Positions 1 to 11,209 of a stretch of DNA of 64,000 nucleotides are shown piece by piece. The notes under the pieces were generated by a model. The model ran no database searches, had not been told where the DNA came from, and was given only the letters and a program-made list of their open reading frames with translations. The first letter of the stretch is position 1. Each line of letters begins with the position of its first letter. The DNA comes from Octopus vulgaris. Taxonomy: Eukaryota. A program made the translations under genes and the position numbers. The DNA is taken from the NCBI GenBank assembly GCA_951406725.2, contig OX597821.1, forward strand, positions 33,914,001-33,978,000, read 5' to 3'.

Positions 1-380
1 TTCTTTTTTCTATCTAATACGTTAACCAACAAATCAAAATAGATTTGTGACTAACGTAGACATGGCATAAAATTTACCGATGTCTCCAAAAGAGTGAGTG
101 ACGTAGAGTTGAGTGACTACCAAACGAACACTAAAGTCTCTCCCCAAATCCAGGGTTTTTATAATTGCTCAACCTGACCAAAAAGAATCGAAATTCAGGA
201 CAAACATTCTTTTCGAAACTTCTAGAATCTTTATATGAGCAGTTATATTAACCAATGGGTAAAAAACGAAAATGATAATTCTTCGGCAAAGACATTACGT
301 CATATTGCCAATTCGCGCCACATTTCAAAATGGCTAAAATGGTTATTGCTACAATACATATATATATATATATACAACAT

Positions 381-538
381 GCTTCTTTCAGTTTCCGTCT
401 ACCAAATTAACTCACAAGGCTTTGGTCGGCCTGAAGCTATAGCAGAAGACACTTGCCCAAGATGCCACGCAGTGGGACTGAACCCGGAACCATGTGGTTG
501 GTTAGCAAGCTACTTACTACACAGCCACTCCTGCGCCT
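381..538 (-). mobile_element. tRNA-derived SINE family A, 5' head
   Basis: Minus strand reads GGCGCAGGAGTGGCTGTGTAGTAAG (A-box-like), then GGGTTCAGTCCC (B-box-like), then a CORE-like TCTTGGGCAAGTGTC. Many copies occur in the window. Confidence 0.8.
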
Positions 539-712
539 ATATATATGTACATTATATATATATATATCACATATCATGTGAGCATGTAACCAGCCAGGTT
601 ATCAGGTGTTGTTACACATTGCTAGTCTCAATGTGTTGTGCATTGTTTTAGCCTTCAAATGATGCCACTCTGCTGGATAAGCAAGCAGGCCATATTATAT
701 ATGTATATTATT

Positions 713-882
713 GTGGCTATGAGCTAAGAAGCTTGCTTCTGAATCCCATGGTTCCGGGTTCAGTCCCACTGTGTGGCACTTTGGGCAAGTGTCTTCTACT
801 ATAGCCTTGGGCCAACCAAAAGGCTTGTGAGTGGATTTGGTAGACAGAAACTGAAAGAAGCTTGTTGTGTGTGTATATATGT

Positions 883-964
<82 letters not shown>

Positions 965-1295
965 TCATCATCATTATCATCATCATCATCATCATCCTTT
1001 AACGTTGGCTTTCCATGCTAGCATGGGTTGGACTGTTTGACTGGGATCTGGGAAGCCAGGAGGCTGCACCAGGCCCAGTCTGATCTGGCAGTGTTTCTAC
1101 AGCTGGACGCCCTTCCTAACGCCAACCACTCCGTGAGTGTAGTGGGTGCTTTTTATGTGCCACTAGCACAGACGTGCCACCGGAACAGACATGCCACCGG
1201 AACAGATGTGCCACATATATATATATGTGTGTATATATATATGTATATATATATATATGTTTATATATATGTATATATATGTATATGTATATATA

Positions 1296-1345
<50 letters not shown>

Positions 1346-1572
1346 TTTGAATGTATGTACTTGTGTGTCTGTGTTTGTTCTCCATCCCCCATAGCTTGAA
1401 AAGCAATGCTGGTGTGTTTACGTTCACACAACTTAGTGGTTTGGCAAAAGAGACTGATAGATTAAGTACTAGGCTTACAGAGAATAAGTCCCTGGGTCAT
1501 TCGTTCGATTAAAGGGGGTGCTCCAGCATGGCTACAGTCAAAATGACTGAAACAAGTAAAAGAATAAAAGAA
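713..1572 (+). mobile_element. SINE family A, interrupted in its internal (TA)n by an RTE 3' fragment
   Basis: Head at 713-863, then (TA)n, an RTE tail at 961-1212, and the 3' half at ~1345-1572 ending GACTGAAACAAGTAAAAGAATAAAAG. The head/microsatellite/tail layout matches the uninterrupted copy at 11393-11767. Confidence 0.75.
961..1212 (-). mobile_element. RTE LINE 3'-end fragment
   Basis: (CAT)n tail, CCATGCTAGCATGG palindrome and 3'UTR matching 7541-7740. Confidence 0.8.
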
Positions 1573-2275
1573 TATGTGTTATATATATATATACACACAC
1601 ACACACACATACATATATATATCAGTGGTTCCCAACCGAGTTTTGGCTGTGCCCCACTGAATCATTTCTGAAATCCTGAGGCCCCCTTGTGATATTTAAT
1701 TCTTGTTATTCAGAATTTGACTACTATTCACTTGGCGGAACCTTAAAAGGCTATTAACTTGATCTCTAAACAAGCTTGCAAAGAATATGGCATTCATGAA
1801 AGAGAAAAAAAACAAAAAAACAGGACTGTTAAATAAATAAAGTTTCAAAAACATTGTTGTGGAGGACACCCCTGAGCCAGAGAAGTTAGCTGTTCCACTA
1901 TACATAAATAGTTGACAGACATAACGAGTTGGCAAGGCATGCCATTGGGCCGACAACGAAGTACGTTGTCATAATAGCACACAAAGCAGTGTTGAGCAAG
2001 ACCCAACAAACATATAACAGAGAGCTGAGATGCAGAAATATAAAATATTTGTATATAAAATAAGTAAACTAAAGTTAGTGAGATCCCCGTGCTTCATGCC
2101 TGCTACTGAGAGATTTTATATTAGGTACCAATTTAGTCAGCTTTAGTCTCAAATCTCCTTGTTTAGTGATATCCTGCCAATTTCTTTTCTTCTATAACAA
2201 ATTATCTACAGCACTAAAGCCACATTCAGCTAAATATGAAGATGGGAACAGTAACAACAATTTTCTTATAAAGTT

Positions 2276-2691
2276 GTGATCTTTTCGGTTTGAACGGCAG
2301 TTTTTTCTAGCGGTGTCATATGAAATTGTCACTCATAATTATGACCCTAGTATCGATCTATTGCATTTCTAGATGTTTTAGGGTTAGGGTTAGGGGGAAG
2401 GGTGTCTTTTTTTCTTCACAAATGTAAATAAACCCAATCTGTTTCTTAAACGAGGGACATATTCATACAGCACAGAATGTTTTTCTTTACCTCAATAGAC
2501 GTCAGTGATTGGTTGAAATTGCAGAAATTGAAGGAAAAAAACAACAAATATCTTACAAACTATAGAATTTTCTCAATAAAGCCAAGAGAAGAAGATGTTT
2601 TATAAATACATTCTACCAGTATATGAAGCTTAAAATTTTTTAGTTACTGAGAAATTATGCTAAAAACTGCTGTTCAAACCGAAAAGATCCC
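2276..2691. mobile_element. MITE with ~30-bp TIRs, 6-bp TSD and internal (TTAGGG)3
   Basis: TIRs GTGATCTTTTCGGTTTGAACGGCAGTTTTT / AAAAACTGCTGTTCAAACCGAAAAGATCCC. TSD AAAGTT at 2270-2275 and 2692-2697. Removing it restores the hAT frame (STNFIRKLLLLFPS). Confidence 0.88.
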
Positions 2692-2754
2692 AAAGTTGGT
2701 TGAATTTAGGTATTTGGTTTCTGTCTCATCACAAAGCCATGACATCACTCCTTT

Positions 2755-2970
2755 CATCATCATCATCATCATGATCTTCGTTTAGCATCCGCTTTCCATG
2801 CTAGTATGGGTTGGACAGTTCAACTGGGGTCTGGGAAGCCAGAAGGCTGCACCAGGCCCAGTCTGATCTGGCAATGTTTCTACGGCTGGATGCCCTTCCT
2901 AGCGCCAACCACTCCGTGAGTGTAGTGGGTGCTTTTTACGGGCCAGACGAGGCTGGCAAACGGCCACGAT
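2755..2970 (-). mobile_element. RTE LINE 3'-end fragment inserted in the hAT transposase
   Basis: (CAT)n tail and RTE 3'UTR; transposase sequence resumes on both sides. Confidence 0.8.
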
Positions 2971-3406
2971 AAAGTTTTAACTGACTCATCATTTTGCATT
3001 TCTGAGAGTTCTTCTTGGCACTGTATCGAAACATCAGATAAATCCACTAGCATTGGCTGCATCATACATGCTGGAAAATCAATTTGTTTTAAATCAGAAA
3101 GTCTTTCTTTCAAATCAGAGGCCAATATTTTCAGATAATCCACAATGACAAGTACAGCAGCATCGATCATCTCCCATTTTTTTAGACAATGAAACTGATC
3201 AATAATTTGTCAGAAATATTTTTTTGACATACCCCAATGAATGTAGCAAAGCCAAATATCTTCGTATTTGCATCAATAAGAGTTTTATTTGACCCTTGAA
3301 GTTGTTCATTTAACATATTCAGTTTTTCAAAGATTTCTGTTAAATAACTCACAAATGCTTTACCATCAACAGTTAGCAGGGGCTTCATTTTAGGCTTCTC
3401 CCTTAA

Positions 3407-3628
3407 CCCTTTAGTGTTCACATTAATCTGCCAAAAATTAATGCTTTTTAATCCACATTGTTTTGAACTAATCATGCATTATCTTGTAGTAATGAGATTT
3501 TGATGAGGTAGCTGTTAATTTTTAAGATGATATTGTAGGGTTGGAGTGAAAGATCAGATATGGCCAATTTGAACATAAAACAAGCAGAATACTTTTGGCT
3601 GGATATGGCCGGTTTAAATGCTAAAGGG
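3407..3628. mobile_element. piggyBac-type MITE
   Basis: TTAA|CCCTTTAG...CTAAAGGG|TTAA. Removal restores the hAT frame (VLSDFLREKPK). A degenerate relative lies at ~46615-46715. Confidence 0.85.
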
Positions 3629-4472
3629 TTAAAAAGTCACTAAGAACATCAAATAATTCCATAAATCTTTTCAAGCAATTCCCTGTTGAGAGCCACCTTA
3701 CTTCAGTGTGAAATAAAAGTCTCACATATAGTCTGCATTTTCACAAAACTGCTTGAAAAGACTCTCACATTTGACATTAGCTTTGAAAGCATTGATACAT
3801 TTTATAACTGATTTTAGTACCTCATTGAGAACAGGAGACATATTTTTGGATACTAAGTTCTCTCTATTAATAACACTGCACAAGAAGCATTTCTTGGTTC
3901 TCATCTTTCATCAATTTTAAGCAGCCCTCTTGCCCATCATAACAGGAGCACCATCTGCAGCACAAGATGTTATGTTCTCTATTGGTATATTGTTGATATC
4001 CAAGTAATTTATTAGCTTATCATATATATCTGGGATGGTGGTGGTGGATTCTAATGATTTGCAGAATGTCATTTCTTCAGCAAATTCACCTTTATCAATA
4101 TATCTTGCATAGGTTAGCAATATGACCTCATTGCCTCTTAAAGTTGATTCATCCATTTGTAATGAAAATTTTCTTGATTTCAGCTTTTCAACAAGTTGTG
4201 TTTCAATGTCATCGCTCATTTCATCTAGTCTTCTTCTAACAGTATTGTTACTTAATGGCATGGCTTGAACCACTTTCTCATCTTTTTTCCAGAACTATTT
4301 AAAAAAATTCTGTTATTGATGGTTTAATTAAATCCTCTCCAATAGTATGATTTTTTCCACATTTAGCAATGAGTAATGAAATTACATAACTAGCCTCAAG
4401 AGTATGACAGGTATTAACAGTTTGTGTAGTAAACAGAGATGGTATTGTTGTTCTTTTTGCAAACTTCTTCAA

Positions 4473-4692
4473 CCCATTCGTTACCAACCTGGCTGAAACC
4501 GTCTCTGGCTCTAAGTACAAATGTCTAATTTTCATTAGTTTTGAACTAAAATCTTCCACCAAACCTTAGTCACAATTTATGTTCCTAACACTAGCTGAAT
4601 GATCACTAAGCTATTTTACTAAATTCTTGGTTATATTTAAAGTAATTGAAAGAAAAATAGAGTATCTCAAAATAAATACAGTAATGAAAGGG
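4473..4692. mobile_element. piggyBac-type MITE, second family
   Basis: TCAA|CCCATTCGTTAC...GTAATGAAAGGG|TTAA. Removal restores the hAT frame (YFKPLKKFAKR). Confidence 0.8.
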
Positions 4693-5332
4693 TTAAAGGC
4701 TTAAAGTAATTTAAATCTGAATATACATACATACTATGTTTTGTCTTCAAATGCAACTGAAGACGATTTGGTTTTGTTGATTTGTTGGTCAAACATTGTT
4801 GGCACAAGAGGCAGAAAGGTGACTGTTTATCGTGGATAGCAGGTATAAATCCAAATTTTATATATTCCTCTGAATATTGACAAACTCATTTTTTTTTTTT
4901 ACTTGCATTACTCATTTTATGTATTTTTGAATCAAACATAAAGAGATTTCAGTTCAAACAAATTTTTTCAACAATTTCTTTAAAAAGATTTCAGTATAAA
5001 CTTTCGGAAAATATGCTCAAAAAGAAACAAAAAATATTCCGAGAATCTTCTCAGCTGCAAAAGCCTTTCTATCAATGATGGAAGTTTTTCTTACCTTTTT
5101 GCTGAATTCACAAACTTGATAATAATTCCTGACTGGTGAAAATAAAATGACTTGTTAATTTTCATCTCTGTTCATATATATATGTATATATATTACGGAG
5201 ATGTACTTGCATAGCGAGTGACTTGATCTGAGATTGTGTGCTGGAACGAAAACAATTGCAGCGTGGAAGGTGTTTATAAGCCATTTAAGAAACACACAAA
5301 ACTGTTAGATTCTCTTCAACATCTAAATTTAA

Positions 5333-5383
5333 TTTGTCAAAATATTTTCGTCGCTTTGAGATCATGACCTGTTCACTGACAAA
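5333..5383 (-). ncRNA. Candidate minimal type I hammerhead ribozyme, G3-C8 core variant
   Basis: Minus strand: TTTGTCA-GTGAACA-G-GTCATGATCTCAAAGCGAC-GAAA-ATAT-TT-TGACAAA. 7-bp stem I, palindromic mini stem III. Confidence 0.55.
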
Positions 5384-5400
5384 GCTTCGTGCTGCATCTC

Positions 5401-5436
<36 letters not shown>

Positions 5437-5721
5437 GATAATAACAAAGGGTAAAATTAATTAATTAAGAAGTAATTAATAATTTCACCAAGTAGAATTC
5501 GATATGAAAAAAGGACCATTTCACGGTAAGTTTAAGTAATACTAATAAAAAGGGTTCAGCAAAGATTTGCTTCACCACACACTGAGATTTAGAAATAGCA
5601 GCCAAAAATCTTAGCTATTTCTTCTACTTTAAAAGGGGGTCTCCCGGAGAAACCAAAATATTTGAAGATAATTCACACAAGCAGAGAGTAAAGCAACGAA
5701 AATCAATCAATATCTGGTTAT

Positions 5722-5803
5722 CCATGGACGCGCGTTTCGGAATTAGGTTTTGCATAAAGAATATAAAATTATACTTTACTAACCATATTCTTCATCGGCA
5801 TGG
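5722..5803 (-). ncRNA. Candidate type I hammerhead ribozyme (CCGATGA core)
   Basis: Minus strand: CCATG-CCGATGA-AGAAT...ATTCC-GAAA-CGCGCG-TC-CATGG. Confidence 0.6.
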
Positions 5804-6240
5804 CTTTCCACGATAATTCGAAGGTAGCAAATTTTTATTAGTATATATATAAATGTGTGCGTTATCAGTACCATAAATCTCTGTCTGTCTGTCTCTCTCT
5901 GCCTCTTTCTCTTCCTTGCCATTTATTGCCCCATCAACACTTTGCAGCACCACATTTTTCTTGTGTTCCCAGATTTTTGTCGCCAGAGATAAATGAGTCA
6001 ATACTTTTAGATACCCACACACATAAGTCTGTCTCCAGTTTATTTCTCCATACGGAATTAAAGATGGCATTGCTTTCAGTACTGACTAATTCTATTGTAC
6101 ATACACACATACTTGCATGCACACATGCATGCACATGCGTATGCATGCGCGCACACACACATACAAACACGTTTGTAATTACCTACATGTTTTCACATAC
6201 CGAAGGAAATAAAATATATTCCCTCTTTAGCGACATCAGA

Positions 6241-6325
6241 TCTTCTGATGATGAAAAACAACCTGTTGTCTCTAAAGTGTCCAAAATTTGATAAAATTGT
6301 CCACAGAAATAAGTGATCGTAAAGA
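6241..6325 (+). ncRNA. Degenerate candidate type I hammerhead ribozyme
   Basis: TCTT-CTGATGA-TG...CA-GAAA-TAAGTGATCG-TA-AAGA. Stems II and III are weak. Confidence 0.35.
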
Positions 6326-6613
6326 ATTTGTTTTTTCTTTAATAATTCATTCTCGAATTACCCCATTTCTCTGTTGGTATAGTAAACATTGTGTACAAGG
6401 GGTATAAATTCCACTCACTGAGGTCATAAAAAGATATAAATTGAACTAGTTTTCACATCTTTTAAACCTCATCAAATATTGATGACTAATTTTCCTGACA
6501 ACAGCATATATTTTTCATTGCAAGGCTTACAATGTACTAAAAAACAGACAATTGTAAATTTACCTTCGATCTATGTTTTTACCTTCATGTCATGAAGTGT
6601 TTTTATTAAATAA

Positions 6614-7012
6614 CTAGCAGTATCGCCCGGTGTTGCTCGGGTTTGTAAGGGAAATAACTATATAAGCATTTTTAGAGAGTTATAGCCAAAAAATAGCAAA
6701 AAAATGCATTAAAAATGGAAAACAAATGATGGTAATTTTTTTTAAAAATCGTTGACTCATCGTAGACATTTTTGGAGAGTTACTTCCCTTATATAATAGC
6801 GAAAAAAATGCATTAAAATGGAAAAAAATGATGGTAAATTTTTTTTTAAATCGTAGACTCATCGTAGATGCGCGCTAATACCCAGAAGGGCTCGATATGA
6901 ATCACGACTATAAGATACCCGGTTTTGGTTAAACTGCACCGCAAAATGTGGGAGTAGTTAGGAATCTAAATCGTAGGAGACAGACACACAACTTCACTTT
7001 TATATATAAAGA
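6614..7012 (-). mobile_element. Non-autonomous Helitron
   Basis: Minus strand begins TC(TTTATATATAAAAG) and ends CTAG after a GC hairpin (CCCGAGCAACACCGGG). Inserted between A and T with no TSD; carries an internal ~110-bp tandem duplication. Confidence 0.8.
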
Positions 7013-7015
7013 TTA

Positions 7016-7222
7016 CCATATTTTCCGGCATACAAGCAAACATAGTGTATATTGTATACATGTAGTGCAACATTCAAGCAACAACACTATCTTTCCTAAT
7101 CCTGCTGCATTTCACATGAAAATGTTGGTCCTCCAAAGTCATCATGGTGTATAAGTCAACCTACCCTTTTCTGGTTGTAAATCCTGGTCAGAAAAACTTG
7201 ATTTGTACGCTGGAAAATACTG
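7016..7222. mobile_element. Tc1/mariner (pogo/Tigger-like) MITE
   Basis: TA|CCATATTTTTCCGGCATACAA...TTGTACGCTGGAAAATACTG|TA. A related partial copy lies at ~21580-21765. Confidence 0.7.
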
Positions 7223-7343
7223 TAATAACTTTGACTAACCTCATTTAGAATTCAAACACTCTTATCTCCAAATATAATAATGGACATAGTGCTTTTATAT
7301 ATATTTGTGTTTGTGTGTGTGTATATATATATATGTGTATGTA

Positions 7344-7457
<114 letters not shown>

Positions 7458-7540
7458 TATATATATATATATATGTATGTATATATATATATATATATGT
7501 ATGTATATATATATATATATATGTATGTATATATATATAT

Positions 7541-7572
<32 letters not shown>

Positions 7573-10500
7573 TTAGCGTCCGTTTTCCATGCTAGCATGG
7601 GTTGGACGGTTCTGCTGGGGTCTGTGAAGCCAGAAGGCTTCATCAGGCCCAGTCAAATCTGGCAATGTTTCTACGGCTGGATGCCCTTCCTAACGCCAAC
7701 CACTCCGTGAGTGTAGTGGGTGCTTTTTACGTGCCACCCGCACTGGTGCCAGCCAGAGCTGGCAAACGGCCACGAACGGATGGTGTTTTTTATGTGCCAC
7801 CGGCACGAGGGCCAGGCGAGGCTGGCAACGAACACGAAACGGGGCGGTGCTGGCAACGGTCGCGAAACGGAAGGTTCTCTTACATGCCACCGGCACTGGT
7901 AACACATCTGCAATTTCCATTGATCGATTTCCATTGATCGATTTCGATTCTGATCCTCACTTGCCTCAATGGGTCTTCACAAGCAGAGTTTCGACATGCC
8001 ACCGGCACTGGTAGCACATCCGCAATTTCCATTGATCGATTTCGATTCTGATCCTCACTTGCCTCAACACGTCTTCACAAGTAGAGTTTTGTGTCCCAAG
8101 AAGGGAAGGTATGCATACGTAGGCTGGCTCCATCCCATGTAGAAGGTCACGGGTTGTGGACTCACTTGTCCTGCCGGGTCTTCTCGCGCACAGCACACTT
8201 CCAGAGGTCTCGGTCTCTAGTCATTTCCTCGGTGAGACCTAAAGTTCGAAGGTCGTACTTCACCACCTCGTCCCAGGTTTTCCTGGGTCTGCCTCTTCCA
8301 CAGGTTCCCTCAACCGCTAGGGTGTGGCACTTTTTCACACAACTATCTTCATCCATTCTCGCCACATGACCATACCAGCGCAAACGTCTCTCTTGCACAC
8401 CACAACTGATGCTTCTTAGGTCCAGCTTTTCTCTCAAGGTACTTACACTCTGCCGAGTGTGAGTACTGGCATTACACATCCATCGGAGCATACTGGCTTC
8501 ATTTCTAGCGAGCTTACGCATATCCTCAGCAGTCACGGCCCATGTTTCACTGCCATGTAGCATGGCTGTTCGTACACACGCATCATACAGTCTGCCTTTC
8601 ACTCTGTGCGAGAGGCCTTTTGTCACCAGCAGAGGTAAGAGCTCTCTGAACTTTGCCCAAGCTATTCTTACTCTAGCAGTTACACTTTCAGCACACCCGC
8701 CCCCGCTGCTTACTTGGTCACCTAGGTAACGGAAACTATCAACTATTTCTAGTTTTTCTCCCTGGAAAGTGACAGAAGTTGGTCTCAGAGCATTTTCAGT
8801 GTTTATTGTTCCTGAGCATCTGCCACATACAAAAACCATCTTCCTAGTTAGCCTTCCTTTGACATTGCTGCATCTCTTATGTGTCCATAGCTTACACTTG
8901 GTGCATCTTATAGAGTTTCTACCTACACCTTTTCTACAGATCGAGCAGGGCCATCTACCTGAAGGTGTTTGTGATTTGTCTACCTTCCTACTGATTACGA
9001 CTTTGGTTTTAGCTAGATTGACTCTGAGGCCCTTCGATTCTAATCCTTGTTTCCACACCTGAAACTTCTCCTCCAGTTCTGATAGCGACTCAGCAATTAG
9101 AGCAAGGTCATCAGCATAGAGGAGCTCCCAAGGGCATCCTGTCTTGAATTCCTCCGTTATTGCCTGGAGGACTATGATAAATAGGAGGGGGCTGAGTACT
9201 GAGCCTTGGTGGACCCCTACCTCTACCCGGAATTCTTCACTGTACTCATTTCCAACCCTCACCCTACTAGCGGCGTCCCTATACATGGCCCGCACAGCTC
9301 TCACTAACCATTCATCTATCCCTAGTTTTCTCATTGCCCACCAGATAAGGGATCGGGGGACCCTGTCGAAGGCTTTCTCCATGTCAACAAAAGCCAGGTA
9401 CAGGGGCTTATCTTTGGCTAGGTATTTCTCCTGCAGCTGCCTTACCAGGAATATAGCATCAGTAGTACTTTTCCCTGGCACAAACCCAAACTGCATCTCA
9501 TCTAAACTAACTCTCTCTCTAATTAGTTGGGCTATGACCCTCTCCGTAACCTTCATCACCTGGTCCAACAGCTTGATACCTCTGTAGTTGTTTGTATCTA
9601 GGGCATCACCTTTACCTTTGTAGCAGTTGACTATTATACTGCTACACCAGTCATTGGGTATGACCCCTTTGTGTATCACCTGATTAACTATATGGGTGAC
9701 TAGGCTATAGCCGACACTACCAGACATTTTGAGCATCTCTGCAGTGATTCCTGATGGGCCTGGGGCTTTCCCTGTCTTCATGCTTCTAATTGCCTTAGCT
9801 ACCACAGAACTATCAACTCGGATAGCTGGTCCCTCTGTTGGGTCAACATTCGGCAGACTCTCTTTATCCCATTCATTTTCTTCATTCAGCAACCTTTCAT
9901 AGTGGCATCTCCAAACCTCTCTCTTTGCATCCTCATTTAGCGCAAGTGAACCATCTTCCATGCGAACACACTTCTCTCCTACCACATCACGATTCTCTCT
10001 CACACACTGTCTTGCAACACGAAACACCTCCAGTCTTTGGTCCTCACGGCGCAGAACATTGGCAAATTTTTTCTTATCTGCTTCCCCTCTGGCTAAATAA
10101 ACCTGTCTCCTAGCTTCTCTTTTGGCAGTCTGATACAATTCCCTGCTACCCCCATTTTTCCAGACCTTCCAAGCCTGTCTCTTTTCTCTAATAGCCCTGT
10201 CTACAATATTGTTCCACCACCACGTTATTCTAGGTCGAGAGGGGACTTTGCACCAGCCACAGATCTGGTCAGTGGCTCTCAGCAGGTTGTCCCTTAGAAA
10301 CGTCCAGCTGTCTTCTACCCCCTGTGATGCTCTATCCCCTTCTACTTCGTCAGAGGCTTCAAGTAATATGTCCCTAAATCTCTGTCCATTTGCAGGATCT
10401 TTAAGCTTCCAGATCCTTCTTCTCCATATTTGTCGTCTTCTGGTTGTCCTCCTAGTCCTGATCCTAAAGTCACTAACTACCAGTCTATGTTGTGGGGTAC

Positions 10501-10667
10501 ATTCTTCACCTGGGAAGGTTTTGGCATTTATAAGCAGCCATCTCTCCCTTTGCCTTGTAAGGATGTAGTCAATTTGGCTGGTATGTTGGCCCGATTGGTA
10601 AGTGACTAGGTGGCTGGTAGGTTTCTTGAAGTTAGTGTTGCAAATCATAAGATTATTTGCATCGCAG
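7541..10667 (-). mobile_element. RTE-clade LINE, 5'-truncated, young
   Basis: (GAT)n tail, ~600-nt 3'UTR with internal repeats and an uninterrupted ORF. Bounded by (TA)n on both sides. Confidence 0.95.
8162..10667 (-). CDS. RTE ORF (5'-partial): APE endonuclease C-terminus, reverse transcriptase, inserted PHD-type finger
   Basis: SQIDYIL and PQHRLVV (APE end), NYRGIKLL, QFGF, FVDMEKAFD, GVHQGSVLSP, LYADD, FRYLG, and C-terminal RGRPRKTW. The upstream part of the listed 978-aa ORF is microsatellite read-through. Confidence 0.92.
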
Positions 10668-10783
<116 letters not shown>

Positions 10784-11024
10784 TTGTCCAGAATCAAGCC
10801 GGACGTTGAGGAGGAGAGAAAATAGTAATTCAGTGAAGGTGAAGTAGTGAGAGTAATAGAGAGTGAGTGAAAGTAATAGCAATGAAAGAAAGGAAGAGGT
10901 GATAGATGAATAAGGAAGGGGTGAAAAAAGCCCAGTATTTCCACTATGTGTCAGTATATGTGTGTATGTGAACAAGGGAAGTATGTGAATGTTTGTATGT
11001 GTGATTATTATGTACCTTATTTTG

Positions 11025-11070
<46 letters not shown>

Positions 11071-11209
11071 TACAATTAGCTGTCATTATTGATGGCATGT
11101 GGTCAGCTAGTTTGTTATAAGTATTGAAAGCTTACAGTTTATTTTTACTTTACAGGCTCTTTGCAAAAAAGTAAAAAAAATATTTGAACCTTTTCATTAA
11201 AGATCAAAA

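Larger units (their letters stand above)
2075..4915 (-). pseudogene. Buster-type (ZBED5/SCAND3-like) hAT transposase, fragmented
   Basis: N-terminal BED finger (YIKFGFI..PFCLLC..LQLHLKTKH), PLSNNTVRRR, FSLQMDEST, SCAADGAPVMMG, and C-terminal FPSSYLAECGFSAV..GDLRLKLTKLVPNI..GSH*. Interrupted by frameshifts and four insertions. Confidence 0.88.
1623..5170 (-). mobile_element. Decayed hAT (Buster/Charlie-type) DNA transposon, one TIR retained
   Basis: TIR CAGTGGTTCCCAA at 1623 and transposase remnants at 2075-4915. The opposite TIR was not found, so the right boundary is approximate. Confidence 0.8.

Noticed and set aside
2378-2395. Telomere or chromosome-fusion relic
   Set aside because: Only three units, and they lie inside a MITE.
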